From the NCBI GenBank assembly GCA_013265495.1, contig MU061238.1, forward strand, positions 1-64,000: a stretch of 64,000 nt of DNA, in the 5' to 3' direction. This document shows, one piece after another, positions 25,401-37,673 of this stretch. The first letter of the stretch is position 1; each line of letters opens with the position of its first letter. The notes under the pieces were generated by a model, which was not told where the DNA came from, searched no databases, and was given only the letters and a program-made list of their open reading frames with translations. Source of the DNA: Vicugna vicugna (lineage: Eukaryota). The position numbers and the translations under genes were made by a program.

Positions 25401-27854
25401 TGGATGCGAGTGATGAATGAAGCTGATACTCAGAGGCAGACAAGAGGGGAGGCCACATGGCCTCTGAGAGGCAAAGACAGAAGACTTAGGTCCTAACTTC
25501 CCAAATCGCCAGCCTCAGTGAGGCCCAATTGTTTGCCAGTCCTGCCCTGCCTGTCCATGAGACCACCTGTCCTGCCCTTTAATATCCCCCCTTTAAATAA
25601 TCTAGCTACCCAGAGAATTCCAATACCGCCTCATCCCTTCCCCTAAGAACTGGCGCTCTGTTGAAGCCTACAGTCTCTGTTGAATGTCAAACGGAAGAGT
25701 CCCCCGGGGCAGAACACAGCATCTGTGAATTCCTAGGGCAGACGTGAGGAAGGCAGCTTGGGTGGCCAGGGCAAGCCTCAGGAAGGATATGGGAATTGGC
25801 TGGGCCTTGAAGCAAAGGTTTGATTTGAATAGCCAGAAACATCGAGGTGAATGGGGGTGTCGCAGGTGGCAAGAAGAGCATGGAAGCCGGAAAACGCACA
25901 GCATATTCAGAGAGCAGAGAGGGGACCTGTCTGGGTTGAGGATTTATCAGGTGGAGCAGGGAAGGAGGCTGGGCCAGCAGTGGAAGGTCCTTCATGCCAG
26001 GCTCGGGGGCCCACTATTTCACAAGCAGGGCTTGGCGTGGGAGTGCTCGGAGTTATGGAGCAGCCCTGAAACTCTGAAACAGCTAAAGCAGACCCTTTTT
26101 GGCAGACCCTGATGGGGAAGCGTGTGGCTGTGTGCATGGAAAGATGTGTCCACGGGAGATGAACGTGGTGGGAGTGGGAGGCCAGCAGGGATGGTGTCGA
26201 GGGTTCTGGGCTCTGCTCTGCCGTGGTCCCTGAACAAATTTCCTTGGGGTTTCCCTTCTAGACTCTGGCCTCCAAGGGTGTCCATCCTTGTGTGAGGGTG
26301 ATGCAGGGCAGTTTCAAACAATACTAGTAGTGAGAATCATTTGTTCATTCATTCACTCACTCATTCATTCATTCAGTAAGTATTTAGTGAACATCTGCCA
26401 CAGGCTAGGCATTGTGTTAGGTCCTAGGGAGATGAAGGTCAGTAAGACATAAGACCATTGACCTTACACTGGGACAGATGTTAAGGGCCCCTGCTCAACA
26501 GCCGTTCTACCTCTGCCTTAAGAGAAACCAGGTTTTGTCCGTGCAGCACTGTGTCCCATCAATGCTGGCAAGCGATCTCTGCTCCGGACCTCATCCTTCA
26601 GAGAGCCCCACTCTGCCCTCCCCAGCCACGCCCAACCCAGTGAAGAGAGGAGTCTCCAGGGCCAAGAGGATGTGCCCACCTAAGCCCACACTCTGGGTGC
26701 CTGGTGCCCCAATATTCCCTGTCCAAATCGCTCCAAGCCCACTTCCAGCCTGGAGGAGTGAGCCTCTTCTCTGACCCATTCCCCAGGGGTACAGCCACTC
26801 CTCACGGTCCTAGGTTTGAGATGCGGCCAAGGGGCAGCTGTTTGGGGGAGGGGAAGGCAGAGCTTGGATGCGCGGGCCACAGAGTCCACACACCTATGGG
26901 CAAGACTACACGTAGTACAGGGTGGAACTGGGGACAGGGAGAGAAGGAAAATGGGCAGCGAGCCAGAAGCCACATCCTCGTGTAGAACTCCGAGGAGTTA
27001 AAGGATTCTAAATTCACACCTGATCTTCCACGAGGTTTTGAAGGTGTGTCTGTCAAGTTGGAAAGTTAGGACATGTATTATTTATCATTTTGTGTTCTTG
27101 TCCCAAGCTCCGTTAGGACTGGACTTTTCCTGCCCACGGGGTTCTGAGCCAGTCCCCTTTGCCAGATTCCTGGCTTTCCCAGACTCCCTTGCAGCCAGAG
27201 ATGGTCATGTGGTCCCGACATGTGATCCCAGCAAAGGGGCTTCTGGAAAATCACTTTCACTTTGATCATGGAAGAGAAACCTAGGAGGAAAGACTCATGA
27301 GGAGAGCTCCCTTTTTCTCTTTTCTGCTTTTGGACACAATTGCTTCAGGATACTCGCCACTGAGGGAGCCATCTTTGGACCGCAGGATGACACAGTGAAG
27401 GACAAAAGCCAGTATGCAGAGGATGATGAAAGATGGAAAGAGCTTAGGTCCTTGAGCTTTGAGGACAACTCTGGAACCACCTACCTCTGGATTTTATGTG
27501 CCATAAATCATCGGTGTCATTATGATTTTGGCCACACGTTGGTCAGTGTTTGAGACAGCAGTGGCCATCCTAATGGAAACATCATTCTAATGACTAGTGA
27601 GAGAAACCAGTCTGGCTGGTGGCCAGCTTGCCAGCCATGGGGAGGGTTTTCCCACAGGTGAAGTCAATGCAGAGGAAAATTCAAAATGTTTCGCTATGTC
27701 TGCATACCACGTTCACTATTTTTTAAGTAATTTCATTTTGCTTAATGTTTTAAAAGGAACTGTATTGCTGTTGTAAATTTTTTAAAAGGATTATTCGCCA
27801 TTATAGAAAGTAATGAAAAGATTTTTTAAATGAAATCAATACTGAAAACAAAAA

Positions 27855-28130
27855 CTATGTAACACTAAGTGCAATGTGGTGTCCCAGACTGGATTCTGGG
27901 ACCATAAAAGGACCTAAGTAGAAAAATCAATGGATAACGTCTATACTTTAGTTAATGGTAATGTGCCAGTATTGGTTTCTCAGACTTGACTAACATACCA
28001 TGGTTATCTAAGATGTTAACATTGAGGAAGACAGGGTGAAGGATTATATAGTTCTTAGGTAAAAATTCTGTACTCTCTTTGGAACTTTTCTGTCCAACTT
28101 AAATCCTTCCAAAATAAAAAGGTTATTAAA
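27855..28130 (+). mobile_element. L1MC-like 3' end
   Basis: actaagtgcaatgtgg...ctggattctgg...agatgttaacatt...aaaataaaaagg. Confidence 0.6.
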
Positions 28131-28242
28131 TTAATAAATAACAATGATTTAAATCGTAGCTCAGCATTTTGGGGAGACGAAGTCTCTGAGCTAAAAGCCT
28201 GTTCTCTCTTTGTTAAAAAGAAAGATGAGCAAATGTTATAAG

Positions 28243-28775
28243 GAGTACGATGGCGTATTATTCAGCCTCAAAAAAGACGGCACCCCTTCCACTTGTGACA
28301 ACATGGATGAACCTGGAGGACACTGTGCTCAGTAGTAAGCCAGTCACAGAAAGACACCTACAGGATGACCTCACCTACATGTGTAATTTAAAATAGTCAA
28401 GCAGACGGTAGAATAGTAGTTGCCAGGGGCTGGGGGGAGGGAGGAGGGGGTTATAAGGACATGTTGGCAAAGGGTACAAAGTTTCAGTTAAGCAAGATGA
28501 ATGACTGTGTGCTAGAGATCTAATGCACAGCATGGTGACCACAGGTAACAACACTGTACCGTACACTTGAAATTTGCTAAGAGGATAGATCTTAAAGGAA
28601 ATCTCAACACACAGACACACACAAACAAATGGTAACTATATAGACATGATGAATGAAGTTATTTAGCTTGATTGGGGCAATCTTTTCACAAGGTATACAT
28701 ATCTCAAAACATCAAATTTTACATCTTAAACATATATAATTTTATATGTCAAAGATATCTCAATAAAGTTGTTTT
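28243..28775 (+). mobile_element. L1MA/MB-like 3' end
   Basis: acaacatggatgaacctggaggac, ggtagaatagtagttgccagggg, acacttgaaatttgctaagag, aataaag. Confidence 0.75.
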
Positions 28776-29299
28776 AGAAGAGAGAAATACATACTTTTGT
28801 TTGTTGGTGAACCTGTAAGTCACAAAGGAAACTAGTTTAAATATGAGTTTAATTAATGGACTTGCTTATTAGTTTATAAGACACAAAATCTAACTCAAAA
28901 AAAAAAGATTCAATAACATCAAACTGAGTTCGCAATAGAATGAGGATTGAAGGGAATAACTCTCTTGTATATGATTCAAGGTGATTTAATTCAAGTTCAT
29001 GTACCAGCTAAAGACAACCTTGTGTACCACCTGTGACATGTCTCATACACTAGAAGATATCAGATCAGGGGCAAAGCATTCTTAGATAAAAAGCAGGTAG
29101 GGGTTATCACTCAAACCTCTGTGTAAGAGACAAGGCAGAGGACTTCAAAATTATTACCTGACACACAAGAACAATGAGGGAAAATATTAACCCGAGTGGC
29201 TTTGACCCTAAATGACTGCCACTTAGCCAATTCTAGTTGACGGTCTCATTAACAGAAGGATGTTTAGTTCTTTGGGTCAAAAACACCTTAGGAAAAAAA

Positions 29300-29395
29300 T
29301 ATAAAAAATGAATATATGTATGTATATGCATGACATTGTGCTGTACACCAGAAATTGACACAATGTTATTGACTGTACTTCAATTTAAAAAAAAA
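29300..29395 (+). mobile_element. Short lineage L1 3' tip
   Basis: gctgtacaccagaaattgacaca...ctgtacttcaatt followed by polyA. Confidence 0.65.
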
Positions 29396-30089
29396 GACGT
29401 CTTAGAAACACAAACAAGAGACTGCTCAGCAATGTTACAATATCCATGGTAACCACAAACCATCCACAGCACCTTCCACCCTGGCCTTGCTCTGCAGGTG
29501 TGTCCAGTCCCACCCCATGGTAGCCCTGTTTATTTCTGAGCGTCGTTAGGGAAGAAGTAATCATAAATGATCTGCGTCATTCAGTCTCAAGTTCAGCACA
29601 AGTGCATCATCAGGATAATTTATGGGAAGGATGTGGGGTTGCCTTCAGTGACATCAACCGCAGAATTCAGTTCCATTCAACAAACACCCATGCCATGCCT
29701 GGAAAGATAGACACCAATGGGACAGAGTGAAGGAGACTTCTTCTGCTGGGGAGCCATCATCCAAAACTCATCGAAATATCTGTGAACCTGAGTTGATGTT
29801 TGAGCCCGTGGGAGGGCAGGATAGCAGAATCAGTCAGATCTGGGATCAAATTCTGGCTCTGCTATCATGTAGCTCAGTGTCCCTGGCCAAGTTATTTAAC
29901 AACACCCACCCCGAGCCTCAGTTTCTCCCTCTGTGAAGTGGGGCTAATAATAGTATAAACTGCATAGGATTAAATGATATAAAGTATATATGGAACATGT
30001 AGAGCCAGGCACAAGGACAATGCTCCTTAAACAATATTCATGGTTGTTTCTATAATTTCTGGGAGAATCGAATTCAATCATTGAGTTGT

Positions 30090-30215
30090 TCTGATCACCA
30101 GAATCACCAGGGGAACTTGTTAAAAATATAAATTCCTAGGTTCCCATATCCCTGAGAAATTCTAAATTGGGTCAGTCTGGGGCAGGACCCAGGAACTTAT
30201 GCCTCCAGGGTAAAC
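30090..30215. mobile_element. MER5A-like fragment
   Basis: agaatcaccaggggaacttgttaaaaat...ggggcaggacccaggaa. Confidence 0.6.
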
Positions 30216-30480
30216 TTGTGCCCAGCCCACAGTGGGCACTCAGCAAATACAGGTCCCCTTCCCGGCCTGGACTATTGAAGCACCTTCCTAACTGGTCACC
30301 TATGTCCACTCTGATCCGTCTGTCCACCACCAGGAGCCAGTGGGATGCTTTTAAAAGGTGATATCCTGTCACATCACTGCCCCAAACTCTCTCTGATTCT
30401 CATTTCATACCAAATAAAACCTATAAACAAGGCCCTACGTCAGTGGCTCCTGACACTGGGCCCACATTAGAAATACCTGG

Positions 30481-30806
30481 TGAAGAGGGTAAAGGGAGTG
30501 GGAAGGGATAAATTGGGAGTTCGAGATTGCGGATACTGACTATTATATATAAAATAGATAAACAACAAATTTATACTGCATAGCACAGGCAACTATATGC
30601 AGTATCTTGTACTAACCTGTAGTGAAAAAGAATATGAAAAGGAATATATGTATGTATATGTATGACTGAGACATTATGCGGTACACCAGAAATTGGCACG
30701 TTGTAAACTGACTGTACTTCGACAACAAAACATAAATACATCTTAAATAAATTACATAAATAAAAATAAATAAATAAAACTGGAAGAAAAATAAGAGGAA
30801 AAAAAA
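30481..30806 (+). mobile_element. 5'-truncated lineage L1 with exact TSD
   Basis: AGAAATACCTGG at 30469-30480 and 30807-30818, preceded by TT; A-rich tail. Confidence 0.9.
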
Positions 30807-30895
30807 AGAAATACCTGGCAAGCTAGTGAATAATACCGACACCTGGCCTGAGCCCAGACCAAGAGAATCAGAAACTCTTTGGGGTGAGGCCCAAG

Positions 30896-31243
30896 TAGGA
30901 CTGCCAGATAAAACCGAGGACACCTAGCTACATTTGAACTTCAGATACCCAATGCCTGGCTTTTTATTATAAGTACATCCTGGGCAATACTGGGACACAC
31001 TCTTACTAAAAGTGTGTTTTTGCGGGGGGAGGTTATAGCTCAGTGGTAGAGCTCATGCTTAGCATGCACAAGGTCCTGGGTTCAATCCCCAGTACCTCCA
31101 CTGAAACAAATAAATAAATAAACCTAATTACCTTCCCCCCTCAAAAAAATAATAAAAAATAAAAAGTATTTATTCCTTGCGTATCTGAAATTCCAGTGTA
31201 ACTGGGTACCCTGTAGACTCATTTGTTAAACTTGGCAACCCTA
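30896..31243. mobile_element. MER53 palindromic hAT MITE, split by a SINE
   Basis: Termini TAGGACTGCCAG / TTGGCAACCCTA; exact 8-bp TSD GGCCCAAG at 30888-30895 and 31244-31251. Confidence 0.85.
31024..31165 (+). mobile_element. tRNA-Ala-derived SINE inserted in MER53
   Basis: tRNA-like head, aaacctaattacc(c)n linker, A-rich tail. Confidence 0.92.
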
Positions 31244-31261
31244 GGCCCAAGCATAAGCCTT

Positions 31262-31570
31262 TATATTTATTTGTTTGTTTGCTTGTTTGCATTCTTGTTT
31301 GTTGAAGTAGTGTCAGTTTAAAATGTTGAGTCAATTTCTGGTATACAGCATAATGTTTTAGTCATGCATGTACATACATATATTCATTTTCATATTCGTT
31401 TTCATTACACATTAGTACAAGATATTGAATATAGTTCCCTGTGCTATACAGTAAAAACTTGTTTATTTTATATGTAGTAGTTAGTATCTGCAAATCTTGA
31501 ACTCTCAGTTTATCCTTTCCCATCCCCTTTACCCCGTGGTAACCATAAGTTTTTTCTCTATGTCAGCATC
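31262..31570 (-). mobile_element. Lineage L1 3' end
   Basis: Same 3'UTR motifs as the copies at 11605 and 43746. Confidence 0.75.
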
Positions 31571-31589
31571 TGCCTTTTTAAAAAGCTTA

Positions 31590-31990
31590 CAGGGATACGG
31601 TCCTCATTGCCTCTCTAACCTCATCTACTCCTCTCCTCCAGCTCTCTCTACCCTGGCCTTTTCCTTGAACGTGTCAACCACCTTCCCCTCTCCACACCTT
31701 TGCAGTTGCTGGCTGCCTGGGATGCTCTGTCTACGCCAGACACCACAAGCCTCCTTGACCACTGCAACAGCGCCCCCTCCCCAGGTTCCCCTCACCCTGC
31801 TTTACTTTGTCTTTATAACACTTAACACCGCCTGATGGATTATGTACCTACTTGGTTACTGTCCATCTCCCCTCCCCACAAACTAGACTGTAGGCTCCGT
31901 GACTTTGCAGGAAACACTTTGGTTCTTTCCCTGCTACATCTGCAATGCCTAGAACCTCACCAGCTGCTCAAAAAATTCTGGTTGAATTAG
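31590..31990 (+). mobile_element. L2 fragment
   Basis: cctcatct...gcctgggatgctct...ctagactgtaggctcc. Confidence 0.55.
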
Positions 31991-33699
31991 TTAATGTTGA
32001 TAAAAAGGTTTCTCCTTCCAGCACAACCCCCTAAACATCCCTTTGGGAGGAGCTGATAGAAGACAGCTTAGTAGAAGTATCTTTCATCAAGAATAACAGC
32101 TAATTTTTACTGGGCGTGGCATGTGTGCCCCTCAAAGTGCTTGCACATCCAACATTTAATCCTCATGGCAACGCTTGAAGCTTGTGGGAGCCATGATTAT
32201 CCTCATTGTATAAGACGAGGAAAGTAAATTCTTCAATGTTCAACACCAAACCTCAAAAATCTCAAAGAGAGGGGTAAATATACTTTCTCCACCTTTCCTT
32301 TCTCTAGCCTTGATTATGGATTAAGTCTTGTGTGCTGTTCATTGGAGGTGGGCAGGTGGGGGGACTGGGGTGAGGGATGAGCAGTGGGCACAGCTACAAC
32401 TGGATCCAATGTCTAGAGTCAAGAGTGTTTAACACAGGGTCTCTAACCAAACCAGAGACAGGGCAAGGCCATTGCGCAGAGTGGTGCATGGTCCCACAAA
32501 GCCAATCTGGCTGGCAGGGGCCACTAGTCATTGAGTGAAGGAGGGCTGGCCAGAGGTTTTCTGTCCCCAGTCCACCACCGTATGGTTATTCATGCTGCAT
32601 CTTGACAAGACACACATGCTCAGATATAACGCCTCATGCCTCTGAAGGGTGCCCATTCTTAACCCACTTGACCCTCACATTGGCCCTATAAGTAGATAGA
32701 GCTGCTCTTCTTGGTCCTAAGTGGCCAGCGGGAAGATAAGGAGCCAGAAGCCTAGGGCATTCCACAAGGAGCATGAGTCTCAGGCTCTGCACTGGAAGTT
32801 GGTCTCTGACCCTATTCACTGCCTTTTCTGTTCACAGTACTGGGCTGTCTTCACCTGGAGAAAGAGCACAAGGATTCACGCTTTGGCTCTGGCACTCGTT
32901 AGCTCTGTGGCTTCTGCACAGCCTTGACCTGAACCTCATTTTCTTGTCTTGTAGAATGGGTGTGATGAGAATTCACAGGATTGCTAAAGAAATGAGATCC
33001 ATTCATGCATGCATTATGAGAGTCTCAGCACCTACTAAGTGCCAGCCACAGTCCAGGCACACAGTAGACGACTCTCCAGGCTTTTAAATACTAGTGGGGA
33101 TGGCAAGCAATAAACTGAGAACAGGAAGATAAAATAATTCCACCGAGTGAGAAGTACTGCAATTGAAATAGAACAGGACTGAAAGCTCCTGCCCTTGGAA
33201 CAGTACCTGGCACATAGTAGGTGCTCAGTATTGGCTCTATGATTGAATGTGCTGGGTAGTCAGGGAAGACTCGCAGATGCCACCCGGAGGACACCGGAAT
33301 GGAGAGCTGGGGGCACAGAGCCAGGCGCGGGAACCTCAAACGCAAAGGCCGTGAGACCGGACCCTACTTCGCGTTAAGAAAAACAGAAAGGAAACTCAGG
33401 GAGAGCACGGACATCTCAACCCCCTGTAAACTTCAAAGTGCTGCGTACACATCTGGGAAGGCGGTTTCTGTGGCTGGTTCTTGGCTTTTACGTCGTTTAC
33501 TTTCGACTTCTTCCACCCGGGTGGCTGTTCGGCCCTCCACCCCGGGGGGGACCCGAGCCCCTCGCGAGCAGCGGCCGCAGGGCCGGACCTGGAAGGGCGC
33601 TGACATCGGGCGCCCGGAGGGCGGACAGACCCACAGTCGGAGTTTCGCGCCGGGTTGGCCCGTCACTTCCTGAGGCCGGCACCCCTGTCGCGGGGTGGC

Positions 33700-33874
33700 G
33701 GCAGAGCGAGCGGGTTGGGACACGCAGCTCGGAGCCCGGAAGGCCCAGGCGCGCCAGGGGACGGGCTGCGCGGCGGCAGGGACCGGCCGGGACCCGAACG
33801 GAGCAGGAGCGGGGCGGGGCCGGCGGGAGCCGCGGCGCCGCCTCCGCCTTCGCCTCAGCCACTGCCACCTCCAG
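33700..33874 (+). other. TMCO4: TMCO4 non-coding first exon (5' end approximate)
   Basis: Strong donor CAG|GTAAGG at 33874/33875 inside the CpG island; TSS not determinable from sequence. Confidence 0.65.
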
Positions 33875-33948
33875 GTAAGGGGACCCCTCGGCCGGAGCCC
33901 CCGCCCGGCCCGCGGGCCCTTTGCCCCCACCCCGCCCTCCCCCTCCCC

Positions 33949-34098
33949 NNNNNNNNNNNNNNNNNNNNNNNNNNNNNNNNNNNNNNNNNNNNNNNNNNNN
34001 NNNNNNNNNNNNNNNNNNNNNNNNNNNNNNNNNNNNNNNNNNNNNNNNNNNNNNNNNNNNNNNNNNNNNNNNNNNNNNNNNNNNNNNNNNNNNNNNNN
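33949..34098. other. Assembly gap (150 N)
   Basis: Run of N visible in the sequence. Confidence 1.
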
Positions 34099-35465
34099 CC
34101 GCCCCGCGCGCAGACCGCCCGGGGGTCAAGGCCGCCCGGTGGTGGCTTGTTTTCCTTCGGAGCCGGAAGTGCCCTTAAAACTTACTCATACGCCCTGGGG
34201 AAACTGAGGCCGGGCCCTGCACTCCTGCGCCTCCTGCCTCCCTGCACAAGTGAGGAGGCTGGTCCGGGCCAGGGAGGGGAAGGGACTAGCCCAAGGTCAC
34301 ACGCGGTCACTGAACTTCCCCTTGGCCCACGTGGTCCCTCCAGCACCCCTCACCAACCCCCCACCCTCCTTGGCCCTACAGCCCTCTGAGCTCACTGCAG
34401 ACGTTCAAACTGACAATTCCAAGGGCGGAGGGAATAAACTCTGGAGAAAAGCCCAGGCCCCAGGTTTACAGGGGGCCAGGTCCCCTTGTCCTGAACCCCG
34501 TTGTTAGAGGAGGAAGAATTACTGCTCCTAACTTTGGAGCAGAGGCTGGGAGAGGTGACGGTGTCTACCCACGACCACACCGCTAGGAAGATCAGGATAA
34601 GAATGTGGGGGACCTGGCTCCAGAGCCTGCGGGGTCCCCTTCTCTGCTCCCCATGGGGTGGCACAGGGCGTCAGGAGCACAGCTGGGCCAGACCCCAGGC
34701 CTTGGTCTAGAGACGACTGCCTAACACAGAGCAGGAGTCTGCACGGTTAGTTCTCTTTTCCCTAACTCGATGTTCATTGCATGGCAGAAACATGAAACCC
34801 ATTTAAGCTTTGGGGACATCCATCCATTCATTCATTCAACAAGTATTTATTGAACACCTACCGTGTGCCAGCTTGTGCACTGTTTAGGCACTGAAGGTAC
34901 AGCAGTCAACCAGATAGGTGCTGCCCTGGAGGAGGTGAGGGGATTGGGGTGGTACATTCCAGTGAGTGGAAGAAAACACTGCCCTTCAGCCTGGGGTGGC
35001 GGGGTACAGGGAAGAGCTGGGCAGAGAGGAGAGACTATTGGAACCTTCCCAACTTTGAGGTATGGAAAGAGGGCCGAGAGAGATTAAACCTTGCAGCCTC
35101 AAATCCTCTGAGCCTTCAGCCCTTTTTTGGCCTTGTTTGAGATGCTCTGTCAGCCTGAGCTCCAGCAGCCCCCACCCCAGCCCAACTCCCCAGGGATTTG
35201 GGGGCAAGAGGCTAGGTGGGTTGAGAGTGGGCCAAAGGAAGCCTTAAAGTGACCTCAGAGCCTGGAAACCTAGCTGTGTGACCTTGGGTATGTCATTCTA
35301 CCTCTCTGGGCCTCTGTTTTCTTATCATATAAGGGGGGGTCATAATACCATGCCGAAATGCTTCGTAAACGGTAAAGCAGGATCCAGAGTGTGGCCCATA
35401 TCTGAGGCCTTGCCAAAGCAGGCATAAGCAAGGGTAGAGTATTTATTTAGAGCATCTTGATTTAG

Positions 35466-35515
35466 AGGCTCCAGTGACCCTGTTGATGACCTGTGACTGC
35501 TCTCGATCAAGACAT
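35466..35515 (+). other. Candidate 50-nt TMCO4 5'UTR exon
   Basis: TTTAG| acceptor and CAT|GTAAGA donor; polypyrimidine tract is weak. Confidence 0.28.
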
Positions 35516-37673
35516 GTAAGAGGCAGGAGAGTGGCTGAGTTCAAGACGAGAAGCCCAACGCTCCCTGCCCGGCTCCAGCTCTCGGGAAATGAAATGCTGG
35601 TGTCACTGGCAGCATTTGAGCTTTTATAAGCCTTGTGGCCACATGTACTGCATCAGACAGATGTGGCTCAGGTCCTAGCTTTGCAGTTTCCTAACTGAGT
35701 CATCTTGGATGAACTACATGACCGGTCTTTGCTTCAGTTTCCTCATCAGTAAAACACCTGTCTCCAAGGAGGGCCCTGTGCAGAGCTGCCAGGCTGGGAG
35801 GCTTTTGGCTTTTTAAGTCCAAGGCCCAGGAGCGGTTGGATAGGCACAGTTGACTGAGTGGGTGAGCACATAGCAGCGTGTGCACTGTTTAGGCACTGAG
35901 GGGCAGCAGTTAATGAGACAAGTGCTATCCTGGTTGAGGTTGGGGGAGGTACATCAAGGTCAGAGCCTAGAGAATTTCTCTCCCTGAACTGGTACCACCA
36001 GGCTACAGGGGCTGGATCAGCCTCCAGGGCCCACACATGTGGGACATGAAAAATGTCATTAGGAGCTTTATCATTGTGTCCTCTATGGCCTGAATGTTTT
36101 GTGAACACTGCCGTATGTTTTCAACCGGGGGTACAGATAAGATGGGGGCCTCACTGCCTTGAAGATTTTACAGCGGGCAGAACAGGGATGGAGAGAGGAT
36201 CCAATCCACTTGCCACTTTAGCCACCCTCCTCTCGGCAGCCAGACCGATCTGATTGTTAACACCCTCTGCTTAAAAGCCTGCTGTGGCATCCCACTTTCT
36301 TAAAGAACAGAAACCTTAACATGGACCATAAGGCCCTGCGGCCTGGGTCCCACCAACACCTGGCCTACTCCTCCGGCTGCATCTCAGACCACTTTGTCTG
36401 CAGCCCTCTGTGCTCAGGCACGCTTCTCCCTCCCTCCTCAGGGCCTTTGCATGGCTCTTCTAGACCTACCCCCCTTATCTCGCTATTCCCAGGTTAACAC
36501 CTCCTGTACCTTCAGCTCTGAGCCCAACCTGGACTTGCATTCCAAGTTCCCCAGGCCATAAGACACCCCCGGGTACATGGGAGGTTTAGCTCCAGATGGA
36601 AAATTATACACTTAAGATATCACTAGGATTAATTTCTACCTGTACCCTGTCACCACCCTACCATGACTTCCAGGGCTGGTCTGAATTTGCTCAGAAATGA
36701 AATCTGCCTTTAGAAGTAGTTGTTGAGCAAATATGAGGACCTTGCTTTATATGAAACTGGATTGTCCGTCATCCAAAAAAAATAACGCTGACATCATTGC
36801 TTAGTTGTGGGGGTAGCTATTCATTCATTCTTTCACCTGTTCTTTTAGAAGGACGCTGTTCTAGGAGACATCAGGGAAAGTGACACAAAAGCCACTGCCA
36901 TCAAGGAGCTTTCTCTAGTGACAAAGACAGACCACAAACAAGCAAACCTGTAATTCATTGCCAAGTGGTAGCAAATTCGATAAAAGTCACACAGGGTCTG
37001 GTGGGAGCGGGGCGTTCTGGCACGTGCTGTCATAGACCTGAATGAATAAGGAGAGGACTCTGCTGGGGAGGCAGGGGAAGCCCCGATGTCCTGAGCATCA
37101 TCCACTCCCACCCTGACCCTCCTTGTCGGAGAGAGGCACCGCCCTTATACCTGAGAGGAGGTGAGGCAGCCCAAAGCCTGGGGGGCTGGACAATTCCCAG
37201 AAGCCTCATGGCAGCCCCTGAGATCCTTTAGTAAAGTGGAGAAGAACTTGGGTTTAAAGTCACACACGCCTGGACCGGGGCGATGGGGGATGTCCTGGCC
37301 CTGCCATTTGCCAGCTGTGTGGCCCTCACCTCGGTGGGCCTCAGTTTTCTCATCTGTAAGATGGGGACAGTGTTAGTCTCTTCCTCGTGAGGTTGTTGTG
37401 AGGCTGGAATGGGACCAAGAAAGTAAGCCCACAGGAAATGATTTTATGTTTAAACTGTACGTTTGAAGAAGGGCCCCATTTGGACATGGGGACCCGCATG
37501 GAGAGAAAACTCACATGAGTGCAGGCCTGAGGTGGGAAACCCAACGTGGGCTGGAAGCAGCGGACAGTTCAGCTTGGGTGAAGACTGGCTGGGAGAAGGG
37601 GAGTGGAGGAAAATAAAGCTAGAGGAGATTAGGCCCAACCCACAGGTGCTTGGGGCTGGCTGAAAAGTGGGAT

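Larger units (their letters stand above)
33270..34220 (+). promoter_or_regulatory. TMCO4: CpG island / TMCO4 promoter
   Basis: Only strongly CpG-dense stretch outside the RNF186 CDS. GC box GGGGCGGGGC at 33811-33820, E2F-like TTTCGCGC at 33643-33650, ETS/CRE CGTCACTTCCTG at 33661-33672, CCGGAAGT at 34163-34170. Confidence 0.88.

Noticed and set aside
26338-26375. (TTCA)n and similar (GGAT)n tracts, e.g. ~56460-56560
   Set aside because: Ordinary L2 tails and simple repeats.
33433-34389. Long ORFs (146-244 aa) in the CpG island
   Set aside because: Stops are depleted by GC content, the peptides are low-complexity R/G/P/A, and several run through the N gap.
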